Assembly: GCA_963838715.1 (NCBI GenBank)
Contig: CAWISE010000009.1
Coordinates: forward strand, 611,930-643,929
Length of the DNA stretch: 32,000 nucleotides
From: Lewinellaceae bacterium
Lineage (GTDB): Bacteria > Bacteroidota > Bacteroidia > Chitinophagales > Saprospiraceae
Direction of reading: 5' to 3'
The position numbers and the translations under genes were made by a program. Positions within the stretch are counted from its first letter, which is position 1; each line of letters starts with the position of its first letter. Below, one piece after another: positions 17,930 to 26,726 of this stretch. Under the pieces are notes generated by a model. The model was not told where the DNA came from and made no database searches. It saw nothing but the letters and a program-made list of their open reading frames with translations.

Positions 17930-18937
17930 ATGCAAACGACTTTCCCCGCCGAATGGGCGCCCCAGGCCCGCGTTATCATCGCCTTTCCGCACTCCCCGGA
18001 CTGGGCAAACGACCTGGAACCGGCGGCCCGGGCCATGCGCGACGCCATAAAAGCCATCGCGGGCGTTTGTCCGGTAACGGTGCTGGACACGGGAAATTTC
18101 AATTCGGGCGGCGGAGCGCGGGATGCAAAACCTTCCGACAAAGTGCTGGTCCGGCCCGCCCGACTGGATGACTCCTGGGTGCGGGATTTCGGGCCCATCA
18201 CCGTTTTTCGGAACGGACGGCCCGTAATGCTGGATTTTGAATTCAACGGCTGGGGCGGAAAATTCGACCACGCCCACGACAATCTCGCCACCCGAAATTA
18301 CCTGATGACGGAGGGCTACGGTTACGAGGAATATCCCTTCATCCTGGAAGGCGGCAGCGTGGAATCCGACGGCCTCGGCACCCTGCTGACCACCACTACC
18401 TGCCTGCTCAGCGAAGGCCGTAACGGGTGGACGACCCGGGCGGAAGCGGAGGAGAAACTACGCGGTCCCCTCGGCGCAGATCGCTTCCTGTGGCTGGAAC
18501 ACGGCCACCTGGAGGGCGACGACACCGACGCTCACGTCGACACCCTGGCCCGCTTCCTGGATACCGAAACCATTGCCTACGTCCGCTGCGACGACCCGAC
18601 TGACGACCACTACCCCGCCCTCGCGAAGATGGAGGCGGAACTGCGCGCTTTTCGGACCCGCAACGGTGCCCCCTACCGCCTGCTTCCCCTACCCTGGCCA
18701 CCGGCGGTGTACAGCAAGGAGGACGGGCACCGGCTACCGGCTACCTACGCGAATTTCCTGATCTCGAACGGTACGCTCTTCCTGCCCACCTACTTCTCCG
18801 GAGCGGGCACCGACGCGGAGGCGATCGCCCTGCTGGAGGCGGAAACGCCCTACCGGATCGTGGCCGTCGATTGCCGTCCCTTCATCGGACAGCACGGATC
18901 GTTGCACTGCCTGACCATGCAGATTCCGGCTACTTAG
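17930..18937 (+). CDS. aguA: Agmatine deiminase (peptidyl-arginine deiminase, Porphyromonas-type family)
   Basis: The ATG at 17930 gives MQTTFPAEWAPQ. Other motifs are DSWVRDFGPI, EGGSVESDG, DDTDAHVDTLARF and the C-terminal catalytic Cys context GSLHCLTMQIP. Confidence 0.85.
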   Translation: MQTTFPAEWAPQARVIIAFPHSPDWANDLEPAARAMRDAIKAIAGVCPVTVLDTGNFNSGGGARDAKPSDKVLVRPARLDDSWVRDFGPITVFRNGRPVMLDFEFNGWGGKFDHAHDNLATRNYLMTEGYGYEEYPFILEGGSVESDGLGTLLTTTTCLLSEGRNGWTTRAEAEEKLRGPLGADRFLWLEHGHLEGDDTDAHVDTLARFLDTETIAYVRCDDPTDDHYPALAKMEAELRAFRTRNGAPYRLLPLPWPPAVYSKEDGHRLPATYANFLISNGTLFLPTYFSGAGTDAEAIALLEAETPYRIVAVDCRPFIGQHGSLHCLTMQIPAT

Positions 18938-20384
18938 ACCGGCTTTCGTACAGCTGGATCATCCGGTCCACCTGTTCCGGCTTCAGGTTCTTGGCGATGA
19001 TCTTCCGGTCCGGACCCAGTAGGTACAGCTCGGGGGTATTGTCCACGTAGTAGGTCTTATAGATACTGCGGTTGGAGGGGTCGAAGACGTTGGTAAACTC
19101 CGTCAGCCCGTACTGCTGAACGAACTTCTTCCAGGGTTCGGGGTCCGTATCCAGCGCGATGGCGTACACATCGACGTTCTCGTTGCCCTTCGCGTAGCTG
19201 ACCAACCGGGGTGTCTCCTCGATGCAGTGCTCGCAGGTAGGATTGTACATGTACACGATCAGGTAGGGTGCCTTCAGGTCGTAGAGGCGCTTCGGCTTGC
19301 CGTCCATCCCCGGGACGGTGATGTCTGGTCCGGCCTGACCCACCAGGCTGTGCGCCATCTGGTCGGCCCGCTGCTGGAGGCCGTAGACCGTCATGGAATC
19401 CGCCCAGAAGGCGCGGTCCCGGGTAAAGTAGTTCTGGATCATGTGCACGTGGATGGCCTCTCCGTCCATCACGTTCGTCTTGCCCGGTTCGTAGGCCAGG
19501 GCGATGTTGTTGGCGATGAACTGGTAGTACTCCGGCTTGTCCATCACCTGCCGCATCAGGAAATCCGCGGATTTGATGATGCTGTCCGCGTTCTGCGGCG
19601 TCAGCGAGCTGATGAAGCGTTTGAGTTTGTTGGCGATCACGGGGGTGCGCAGCAGCCGCCGGTCGCCGAAATTCACTCCGTCCCAGAAGTCGTAGCGGTA
19701 CATCGTCACCTGGTCGGCTTCACTGAGTCCGTCCCGGATCTCCGGGTTCTGTCCGGCACGCTTGAAGGCCGTGTAGAACAGATCGGGGTTGTCGGCGAAC
19801 ACCTGCCCGAAGTAGGCCTGCCGCTCTTCGATGGCGGCGTTGCGCTGCACGATGAGGGCATCGTACTCCGGGGTCCCCTTGGTGGCGGCCTTGATCTTGG
19901 CGTTCAGCTGGTTGAACCTCGGTTGCAGGCCCTGTTCGAAGCGCAGTCCCTCGTAGAGCAGTTCGGTATCCCGGTTCCCCGTCACTTTGGCCGTCCCCAC
20001 GATATCGCTTTTCTCGGCGGTCAGTTCCAGGGTCTGGTCCTCGCTGATGAGCAGCTGGGCGGCCGTCTGGTCGGGGTAGTAGGCGAAGTAGAAGCCCCCC
20101 TTGAAGGGTTCCGACTGGGTGAAACGGACCGTTCCGTTGGCGTCACTCATGGCCCGGGAAGCCTGGAACTGCTGGTCCATGTACTGTCCGACCAGGATGA
20201 CCTCACCGGCGGGCGCGCCCGCGACGGTGATTTTGATGTCCGGGCTTTCGGCCTTACCGAACTCGACGTCGGCTCCGTTGGCACCACCGGAACCGGAAGC
20301 CGTGGCGGCGGCGGGCGAAGTGGCCGTGGCGTCACCGCAGGCGTAGAGGAGGGACAACAGGAAGAAGGAGAACAACAGGCGCAT
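18930..20384 (-). CDS. Thioredoxin-fold (TlpA/redoxin-like) lipoprotein with a long N-terminal domain
   Basis: Lipobox: MRLLFSFFLLSLLYAC. The C-terminal thioredoxin fold has CxxC (YLIVYMYNPTCEHCIEETP). Its 3' end overlaps the aguA 3' end by 8 nt (convergent). Confidence 0.8.
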   Translation of the reverse strand: MRLLFSFFLLSLLYACGDATATSPAAATASGSGGANGADVEFGKAESPDIKITVAGAPAGEVILVGQYMDQQFQASRAMSDANGTVRFTQSEPFKGGFYFAYYPDQTAAQLLISEDQTLELTAEKSDIVGTAKVTGNRDTELLYEGLRFEQGLQPRFNQLNAKIKAATKGTPEYDALIVQRNAAIEERQAYFGQVFADNPDLFYTAFKRAGQNPEIRDGLSEADQVTMYRYDFWDGVNFGDRRLLRTPVIANKLKRFISSLTPQNADSIIKSADFLMRQVMDKPEYYQFIANNIALAYEPGKTNVMDGEAIHVHMIQNYFTRDRAFWADSMTVYGLQQRADQMAHSLVGQAGPDITVPGMDGKPKRLYDLKAPYLIVYMYNPTCEHCIEETPRLVSYAKGNENVDVYAIALDTDPEPWKKFVQQYGLTEFTNVFDPSNRSIYKTYYVDNTPELYLLGPDRKIIAKNLKPEQVDRMIQLYESRSK

Positions 20385-20422
20385 AACGTCTCAATTTGCG
20401 GGCAAAAATACGCAAAGTAGGG

Positions 20423-20438
20423 GCGGGGACGCAGGTGC
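20423..20438 (-). repeat. Copy e (degenerate, 13/16) of the dispersed 16-mer. The minus strand reads GCACCTGCGTCCCCGC.
   Basis: Plus strand reads GCGGGGACGCAGGTGC followed by GAAATTCAAATAAAAT. It lies about 40 nt upstream of the thioredoxin-like gene start, in sense orientation. Confidence 0.55.
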
Positions 20439-20456
20439 GAAATTCAAATAAAATGT

Positions 20457-20491
20457 GAAAGCCCCGGGCCGGGGTTCCGGTCGGGGCTTTC
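20457..20491 (-). terminator. Intrinsic terminator downstream of the ELWxxDGT gene
   Basis: 10-bp stem GAAAGCCCCG / CGGGGCTTTC with an inner CCGG/CCGG extension. On the minus strand it is followed by ACATTTTATTTGAATTT. Confidence 0.65.
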
Positions 20492-20523
20492 GTCAGTACG
20501 ATAGTTTGGTAACCATGAAGTCG

Positions 20524-22122
20524 TTAGCGGAATCGAACGATCTGGCGGACCCCAAAACGCCCCGGTAGTTCAAAGACGTAAATCGCAGCTCCCCGGACGT
20601 CCGCCAGCGCCGTAGCAGTGTTGGTGGTGGTGCGTAGCTGACCTAACTGGCGGCCGTCGACCCCAAGGATCGTAACGGTGACGGGTTCCGGGCGGTCGCT
20701 GTTAACGGTGAAATGATCGGTGGTAATGGTAACGTCCAGGTCTACCCGATTGACGTTGGGGTCCGTGGATGTCGGGTTAACCGGCAGTTCCAGGGAAAAG
20801 AGTTCCCGGCCGCCGCCCGCCCGGAGTTCCCACACGAAATAGAGTCGGTCGTCGACGACATCCAGTAGCACCAGGGAGTTATTGGCTCCGACTCCCTCTT
20901 CCGACTGGAAGGCAACGGTACCCTCACCGGTTGTCGTATCGAAAACCCGGAAGGTAGTCCGGTTGAAACTGCTTTCGCCGATTCCCCCTACGTAGATGCG
21001 GTACCGGCCCGCGGCAAGTACGTTACTGAATCCTGATTCCCGAAAGCTCCCGGTAGCGAAGACGCGGGTACCGGCCGCCGTTCCGTCAGTTACGTGGAGG
21101 TCATAGTTACCGCCAGCACCATAATTAGCTTGCCAGTATAGCGCTGTCCCGTCGGTGGAAAGGTTAGGGAACTCTCTGACGGAATTCAACGCGACCCCGT
21201 CGAGCACACGTTCCGGGGCGACGTTCACGTCGTCAAAGCGGAAGTAGATGTCCTCGTCAAAAGTGGTTCCCCCCATATCCGCTACAAAGAGTCGCAGACT
21301 ATCATTAATGATATACTGATAGTCAAAAATGGGCAGGTCGAGCGCCCGGAGGCTGTCGCCGACCTCATCGTAAACGAAGTTACTCTTAAAGTCCTGGAAG
21401 TTACCACCCACGCTGAATACGAGCCCGCCCGTTACGGCCTGGATGGTGAGTCCCCCGGCGAAGGTGGTAGTTTCCCCCTGGGTATCTACACTGGCGAGTA
21501 CCTCCACGGAATCCCGTAAGTAGATCAGATCGAACTGGCGATTACCGTTCTTTAGTACGCCGGCCAGCCCGTCTCGATAGGGAGTGAGGGCACCAATCAC
21601 ATTTGCCCGGTCAGAAGCCGGAAAGTAGGATATTCCCGGAGCTACGAGTTCCGCTTCAGTACCGTCGAAGCGGTAAAGTCCACCGTTGGTACTGAAGTAA
21701 ATATTACCTTCTGCATCCTGGGTTAACGGACCGACATTCGCTCCCGGGGATGTATACTCAAGGAGAGTACCCTCCGGAGTACCGTCGGTGCTCCAGAGTT
21801 GGCCGGGGTCGCCGGAATTGAAGCGGGCGTTAAAGTAGAGACGCCCGAAGGCCTCCAGATATTCACCGACCCTTATTCCGTCCGCTCCGGGAGCGACATC
21901 GCTCAGCAGGGTGAGCACACCGTCAATCAGCGCGTGGGGCTCCTCACCGGTAGCGGGATCGATGGCCAGGAACACGGGGGTACCGTTGATGTACCCTACG
22001 TCATCGCTTTGAAAAAAATCATTGAAGGTGGATGCTTCCCCGGGGTTATCCGAAACGGCAGTGGGTTGGCCGAACAGCGTGGCCGTTGCCAGCGTAAGGC
22101 CGGCTAGTAGAATACGTAACAT
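20524..22122 (-). CDS. ELWxxDGT-repeat secreted protein, probable T9SS cargo
   Basis: ATG start and signal peptide MLRILLAGLTLATATLFGQ. Repeated motifs are QLWSTDGTPEGT, LYRFDGTEAELV and LHVTDGTAAGT. The C-terminal roughly 75 aa (VTVTILGVDGRQLG...AAIYVFEL...RQIVRFR) resemble a type A sorting domain. Confidence 0.7.
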   Translation of the reverse strand: MLRILLAGLTLATATLFGQPTAVSDNPGEASTFNDFFQSDDVGYINGTPVFLAIDPATGEEPHALIDGVLTLLSDVAPGADGIRVGEYLEAFGRLYFNARFNSGDPGQLWSTDGTPEGTLLEYTSPGANVGPLTQDAEGNIYFSTNGGLYRFDGTEAELVAPGISYFPASDRANVIGALTPYRDGLAGVLKNGNRQFDLIYLRDSVEVLASVDTQGETTTFAGGLTIQAVTGGLVFSVGGNFQDFKSNFVYDEVGDSLRALDLPIFDYQYIINDSLRLFVADMGGTTFDEDIYFRFDDVNVAPERVLDGVALNSVREFPNLSTDGTALYWQANYGAGGNYDLHVTDGTAAGTRVFATGSFRESGFSNVLAAGRYRIYVGGIGESSFNRTTFRVFDTTTGEGTVAFQSEEGVGANNSLVLLDVVDDRLYFVWELRAGGGRELFSLELPVNPTSTDPNVNRVDLDVTITTDHFTVNSDRPEPVTVTILGVDGRQLGQLRTTTNTATALADVRGAAIYVFELPGRFGVRQIVRFR

Positions 22123-22167
22123 GTGTTAATAGTTAATAGGTGATAAAGAAGAGTAAATATAGCAAAA

Positions 22168-22193
22168 GGGCCACACTCCGAAGAATGTGACCC
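22168..22193 (-). terminator. Intrinsic terminator immediately downstream of tRNA-Gly
   Basis: The minus strand reads GGGTCACATTC-TTCG-GAGTGTGGCCC. That is an 11-bp stem (two G-U pairs) capped by a UUCG tetraloop and followed by TTTTGCTATATTT. Confidence 0.7.
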
Positions 22194-22202
22194 TTTAGTT
22201 CG

Positions 22203-22275
22203 AGCGGATGACCAGGTTCGAACCGGCGACCTCAACCTTGGCAAGGTTGCGCTCTACCAACTGAGCTACATCCGC
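22203..22275 (-). tRNA. tRNA-Gly (anticodon GCC)
   Basis: The minus strand reads GCGGATGTAGCTCAGTTGGTAGAGCGCAACCTTGCCAAGGTTGAGGTCGCCGGTTCGAACCTGGTCATCCGCT. It folds as a cloverleaf. The acceptor stem is 7 bp (GCGGATG/CATCCGC) and the D-arm is GCTC/GAGC. The anticodon stem CAACC/GGTTG carries loop TTGCCAA, and the T-loop is TTCGAAC. It is 73 nt and CCA is not encoded. Confidence 0.93.
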
Positions 22276-22316
22276 GTCTGCTGGCTGCTCAGCCATGCTT
22301 CCTTCCGAAAGCGCTG

Positions 22317-22324
22317 CAAATATA
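22317..22324 (-). promoter_or_regulatory. Candidate Bacteroidota -7 box (TATATTTG) for tRNA-Gly
   Basis: The minus strand reads TATATTTG, matching TAnnTTTG. It lies about 40 nt upstream of the mature tRNA 5' end. A TTG occurs 21 nt further upstream (22346-22348). This is a motif match only. Confidence 0.35.
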
Positions 22325-22450
22325 GGGGTATCGAAACCACCCCTGCAAGAAATTCCCTGTATTGACCCGTAAATTTTGCCGGCGCCCGCAGTAACAAACT
22401 GGCAATCAATTGGCTAGAAAGGACAATTTTTTCAGTCCTACTTTTGGGCC

Positions 22451-23836
22451 ATGCCACGGCGCACCCTACCCTTCCTCTGTTTTTTCCTGCTGGCCGCCGG
22501 ATTACTCCTGTGGGGGATCAACTGGCTGGCCGCCCGCCCCCTCTTCCTCGATGAGGCCAACGTTGCCCGTAACCTGTTTGACCGCGACTTTGCCCGATTA
22601 CTCCTTCCCCTCGATCACCGGCAGTACGCCCCGCCGCTCTTTCTCTGGCTGGCCAAAGCCTGCGGGGAACTGTTCGGCTACGGGGAGAACAGCCTCCGGC
22701 TTCCGGCCGTCGGCTGCGGTATCGCCACGGCGGCACTGCTCTGGCGGATGGGGAACGATTGGGGTACGCGGTTACTGCTGACGGGGCTGCTCTTCATCAA
22801 CCCGACCGTTCTGCGCTACGCTACCGAACTGAAGCCCTACGCGGGCGACCTGCTCGTCAGCACCGCGATCCTTACGGCGGCCCTCCGGTCTGGCCGCGCC
22901 CACTGGGGCTGGATGCTGGGCGGCGCGCTGGCACCCTGGCTGTCCTTACCGGCCGTCTTCTCCCTGGCGGGAGCGGGCTTAGTTGGGTTACTGTCCGCGA
23001 AAGAGCGGCGGCAACGGTATGTATGGATAGCTACCGGTGCGAGCTGGCTGGTGAGCTTTGGCTTACTCTACTACTACGTACTGGCGCCTTCCCTCGGCGA
23101 CTCCGCCCTGCAGGAGTACCACCGGAGCTACTTTTTTATCCTCTTACCTGATTCCCGCGATGCCTTTGCTCAATCCGCACGGTTGCTACTGGGTTTTCCG
23201 AGACTGGTTTTCGGGTACACGATCTTCAGTATGCTGGTGGGTAGCGTGGCGCTTGCCTACGGCTTCTGGCGATCCGGTTGGCGGCAACGGATACTCTGCC
23301 TACTCCCTACCCTGCTGGTCCTCCTGGTTTCCGCTACCGGCAGCTATACCCTGCTGCCGAGGCTGCTGCTCTTCGTCCTGCCGGGCTGGTGGTGGCTGGC
23401 GGCCCGGGGGACGGTAATTGCACTCGACCGGGTATCCCGCGGCATGGCCCGCTCGATCGCCCTCTGCTGGCTGGTCGTACTCGGAGCCACCAACGTCGTC
23501 CGTCACTTCGTGTACCCCATGCGCTTCAGCGAGGCCCGCTGGCTGGCGTGGGAGAACCCCGGAGACAGGAGTGTTTACGCCCACCACAGCGCCTGGCCGG
23601 TAGTCGACTACTACCAGCGGATTCATCCGGACGTGCCGGCGAACCAGGTTGTTACCGAGTTTTCGCTTCGTAAACTGAAGGGCGGTGACTGTATCATCCT
23701 GTTTGACGGGATCAACAACCGGGAGACAGCCGAAGCGCGGCGGGACATCGTGCGGCTTGCGGAAAAAGCGGGCTTTACAACAGAGGTGGTGGATGAGTAT
23801 CCGGCGGGTAAGTTGTATTTGAGTGACGCACCGTGA
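22451..23836 (+). CDS. Polytopic membrane protein, probable GT-C fold glycosyltransferase (family 39 / ArnT-PMT-like)
   Basis: ATG start and many hydrophobic helices. The N-terminal region is typical of GT39-like proteins (RPLFLDEANVARN...YAPPLFLWLAKACGELFGYGENSLRLPAV). A TACTTTTG box (22439-22446) ends 4 nt before the ATG. Confidence 0.55.
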   Translation: MPRRTLPFLCFFLLAAGLLLWGINWLAARPLFLDEANVARNLFDRDFARLLLPLDHRQYAPPLFLWLAKACGELFGYGENSLRLPAVGCGIATAALLWRMGNDWGTRLLLTGLLFINPTVLRYATELKPYAGDLLVSTAILTAALRSGRAHWGWMLGGALAPWLSLPAVFSLAGAGLVGLLSAKERRQRYVWIATGASWLVSFGLLYYYVLAPSLGDSALQEYHRSYFFILLPDSRDAFAQSARLLLGFPRLVFGYTIFSMLVGSVALAYGFWRSGWRQRILCLLPTLLVLLVSATGSYTLLPRLLLFVLPGWWWLAARGTVIALDRVSRGMARSIALCWLVVLGATNVVRHFVYPMRFSEARWLAWENPGDRSVYAHHSAWPVVDYYQRIHPDVPANQVVTEFSLRKLKGGDCIILFDGINNRETAEARRDIVRLAEKAGFTTEVVDEYPAGKLYLSDAP

Positions 23837-23876
23837 GTCCCGCGTCTGGCCAACCGATGTGATTCGGCCCGCGACG

Positions 23877-23899
23877 GCGAGGGGTTAAAACACCCTCGC
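23877..23899. terminator. Weak hairpin between convergent genes
   Basis: GCGAGGG (23877-23883), 9-nt loop, CCCTCGC (23893-23899). There is no clear U-tract. Confidence 0.3.
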
Positions 23900-23923
23900 G
23901 GATAACGGAAGATAGAGGATGAT

Positions 23924-24850
23924 TCACTCCCCCATCAACTCCTCCACCGTAACCGCGGCCCGGTAGCGACCGACCACCCCAAGTTTGCGGCCCGCCATGC
24001 CCCGGCCCGCCCGGGCGCAGCCCTTCCATTCGTTACCGCTAAGATAAGCCGCCAGGAAGCCCGACCAGAAGGCGTCGCCCGCCCCCGTAGTATCCTTTAC
24101 CGCAACGGGAAGCGACGGCAACGGGAAGCCGCCGTCGTCGGCCAGCACGTAACAACCGCGCTCTCCGAGGGTCAGACAGACCATGCGCGCGCCCAGGTCA
24201 CGGATCCGTTGGGCGGCCCGCTCCGGATCGTCCACGGGTTCGCCGAACAGTCTTTCGTAATCGACGTCGCTGAACTTGGCCAGGGCGCCCCACCCGAGGT
24301 ACTCCCCGATCACTTCCCGGGCAGCCTCGCGGTCCGGCCAGATCTTATCCGCGTAGTTCGCGTCGATGCTGAGGAGCCCTCCCGCCGCGACCACCCGGCC
24401 GGCGGCAGCCAGGATGGAAGACCGGGCCGGCTCCCGGCTCAGGGCGAAGGCCGTGGTGTGAAACAGCCTGGTGGCTTCCAGCCATTCCGCGGGGAACTGG
24501 ACGGGAAGAATTTCCCCGTCCGCCGAGCGGTAGGGCTCGAAATTACTGGTCGCCCTGCTCTTGGTGACCAGGATCAGGGTAGTCGGCCGTTCATCCCTCC
24601 GGATGTAAGTAGTGTCCACCCCGGCCTCCGCCACCTCACTGACGAGCAGCCGGCCGGCATCGTCCTGACCGACGGTTGCCACCAGTCCGACCCGGCGGCC
24701 GAGGTGCGCCAGGTTCATCGCCAGGTTCGCGGGGCTACCCCCCGCCAGTCGGCGGTAGGTGTCGGCCGCCGCGAAATCCTTGGCGTACTCGGTGCTGATG
24801 AGGTCGACCAGCAATTCGCCGGCACAAATAACTTCGGGTGGAACGGACAT
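23924..24850 (-). CDS. PfkB-family carbohydrate kinase (fructokinase/ribokinase-like)
   Basis: The ATG at 24850 gives MSVPPEVICAGELLVDLI (the track start at 24856 is a TTG). The C-terminal PfkB signature is VKDTTGAGDAFWSGFLAAYL. Confidence 0.85.
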   Translation of the reverse strand: MSVPPEVICAGELLVDLISTEYAKDFAAADTYRRLAGGSPANLAMNLAHLGRRVGLVATVGQDDAGRLLVSEVAEAGVDTTYIRRDERPTTLILVTKSRATSNFEPYRSADGEILPVQFPAEWLEATRLFHTTAFALSREPARSSILAAAGRVVAAGGLLSIDANYADKIWPDREAAREVIGEYLGWGALAKFSDVDYERLFGEPVDDPERAAQRIRDLGARMVCLTLGERGCYVLADDGGFPLPSLPVAVKDTTGAGDAFWSGFLAAYLSGNEWKGCARAGRGMAGRKLGVVGRYRAAVTVEELMGE

Positions 24851-24936
24851 ACGCAAAACTCATTTTTCTTGCCGAAAGATACCCGGTACGCTGCCGTTGC
24901 GCAAACCATACGGCCCCGGAGCCGCTTATACTTAAT

Positions 24937-26580
24937 ATGAAAGCTTCCACCCAGCGACTGTCCAAACTCGATCGACTCAAGAATCACCACTTCGACCTCG
25001 TGGTCGTCGGCGGGGGCATCACCGGGGCCGGGGTCGCCCTGGATGCCGCCAGTCGCGGACTCGACGTGGCCCTGATCGAGAGAAACGATTTCGCCTCCGG
25101 CACCAGTTCCAAATCCACCAAACTGATTCACGGCGGCCTGCGCTACCTGAAGAACCTGGAGATCGGCCTGGTCCGGGAAGTGGGTCAGGAACGGGCCGTG
25201 GTGCACGAGATCGCCCCCCACCTGGTACGTCCGGAAAAGATGCTGCTCCCCCTGGTGGAGGGTGGCTCCCTGGGTAAACTCTCGACCAGCATGGCCCTCT
25301 GGGTCTACGATTTCCTGGCCGACGTAGAGGGGGACGACAAGCGCGTCATGCTCACCAAGGAAGAGACCCTGGAGATGGAACCCCTGCTGCGCACCGACAT
25401 TCTTGAGGGCGGCGGCTTCTACGCCGAGTACCGTACGGACGACGCCCGCCTGACCATCGAGAACGTGAAGACCGCGGAGCAGAACGGGGCCTCCGCCCTG
25501 AATTACGTGGAGGGCACCGGCTTCGTGTACGACGACAAAAAGCAGGTGAAGGGTGTCCACTGCCGCGACCGCTTCACCCAGGAAGATTTCACCATCCACT
25601 GCGACAACGTGATCAGTTCGGCCGGCCCCTGGGTCGACGACCTGCGTAAGATCGACCACAGTATGAACAACAAGCGGCTCTTCCTGAGTAAGGGCGTCCA
25701 CATCGTGGTGAGCCGCGAACGACTGCCGCTGGAGCACGCCTGCTACTTCGACGTGGCCGACGGGCGGATGCTGTTCGCCATCCCCCGGCTGCGGTGTACC
25801 TACATCGGGACGACCGATACGCCGTACGAGGGTGATCCCAACCGCATCCCCACCAACCTCGAGGACGTGGAATACCTGCTGAACGGCGTCAACGCCATCT
25901 TCCCTACCGTCAAACTGACGGTGGAGGACGTAGAGTCCAGTTGGGCCGGCGTCCGCCCCCTCATCTTCGAGGAGGGCAAGAGCGCGGGGGAAATGTCCCG
26001 CAAGGATGAGATCTTCGAATCGGAGTCCGGCCTGCTCTCCATCGCGGGCGGCAAACTGACCGGCTACCGCAAGATGGCCGAGCGGGTCGTCGACCGACTC
26101 GGTAAGATCAGCGGGGCCAAACTGAAGAAGACCACGACGAAGGACATCGTCCTATCCGGCGGTCCCTTCGCCGACTTTGAAGAGGTACTGGCCTACGAGC
26201 AGGAGATCACCGGGCTGCTGGAGCGGGCCAGTCTCGCCCCCGACCGGGCCGCCTACCTGGTGAGCAACTACGGCCGCCAGACCCCGGCCATCATCGATGC
26301 GGCCATTCTGCGGGACGAGGGAACGGACGTCGCCCGGCTGGCCGCCGCCGAGGCCGCCTGGTGCATCGAACACGAACTGGCCCTCTACCCCATTGACTTC
26401 CTCGAGCGGCGCAGCGGCCGCCTTTACTTCGACATGCCGAGCATTGCCCCCGTCCTGGAGGACATACTGGATGTTTTCGCCGCGGCCTACGACTATACGG
26501 CGGAGGACCGGGCGCGGGAAAAAGAAAGGGTCGAGACGGAGATTGCGTTCGTCAGTGAGTTCAGCCCCGGTACGAAGTAG
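24937..26580 (+). CDS. glpD: FAD-dependent glycerol-3-phosphate dehydrogenase/oxidase
   Basis: The ATG at 24937 gives MKASTQRLSKLDRLKNHHFDLVVVGGGITGAGVALDAASRG. This is followed by ASGTSSKSTKLIHGGLRYL. The GVRPL motif is present. The track start at 24838 is a GTG overlapping the PfkB gene. Confidence 0.9.
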   Translation: MKASTQRLSKLDRLKNHHFDLVVVGGGITGAGVALDAASRGLDVALIERNDFASGTSSKSTKLIHGGLRYLKNLEIGLVREVGQERAVVHEIAPHLVRPEKMLLPLVEGGSLGKLSTSMALWVYDFLADVEGDDKRVMLTKEETLEMEPLLRTDILEGGGFYAEYRTDDARLTIENVKTAEQNGASALNYVEGTGFVYDDKKQVKGVHCRDRFTQEDFTIHCDNVISSAGPWVDDLRKIDHSMNNKRLFLSKGVHIVVSRERLPLEHACYFDVADGRMLFAIPRLRCTYIGTTDTPYEGDPNRIPTNLEDVEYLLNGVNAIFPTVKLTVEDVESSWAGVRPLIFEEGKSAGEMSRKDEIFESESGLLSIAGGKLTGYRKMAERVVDRLGKISGAKLKKTTTKDIVLSGGPFADFEEVLAYEQEITGLLERASLAPDRAAYLVSNYGRQTPAIIDAAILRDEGTDVARLAAAEAAWCIEHELALYPIDFLERRSGRLYFDMPSIAPVLEDILDVFAAAYDYTAEDRAREKERVETEIAFVSEFSPGTK

Positions 26581-26654
26581 GGAGAGCTGCGGCTTCCCCC
26601 CGGTCACCACTCCGACGCCTCCGGGGCCCGTCGGGCTACTCCACCGGGAAGCTT

Positions 26655-26670
26655 GCACCTGCGCGCCGTC
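26655..26670 (+). repeat. Copy f of the dispersed 16-mer (GCACCTGCGCGCCGTC)
   Basis: It lies in the glpD-mlaD spacer, 57 nt upstream of the MlaD-family ATG. It is the exact reverse complement of 3463-3478. Confidence 0.8.
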
Positions 26671-26726
26671 GGCAAACCTATCGCGCCCTGGTGCGTTAAA
26701 CACCGATACCAAGAACCCCATCCTGC

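Noticed and set aside
17882-18277. A 132-codon N-terminal extension of the FGE-fold ORF (track start 18277).
   Set aside because: The extension overlaps aguA antisense and has no signal or domain features. The internal ATG at 17881 gives a clean lipoprotein signal peptide directly.
18930-18937. An 8-nt overlap of the convergent aguA and thioredoxin-like gene 3' ends, with no terminator between them.
   Set aside because: Short convergent overlaps are common in compact genomes, and nothing else is unusual at this junction.
20385-22450. A possible genomic island next to tRNA-Gly (the ELWxxDGT gene looks somewhat lower in GC).
   Set aside because: There is no integrase and no direct repeat of the tRNA 3' end that I could find in the window. 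The tRNA is separated from the gene by its own strong terminator, and the compositional difference is modest.
22266-22457. A 63-aa minus-strand ORF overlapping the tRNA-Gly 5' end and its promoter region.
   Set aside because: It overlaps a confident tRNA gene, and nothing beyond an open frame supports it.
26646-26670. Reading the 16-mer as an ECF-sigma promoter (GGAAG...N15...CGTC in copy f).
   Set aside because: The AAC-like -35 element is present only in this copy. The other five copies have unrelated AT-rich sequence at that position.
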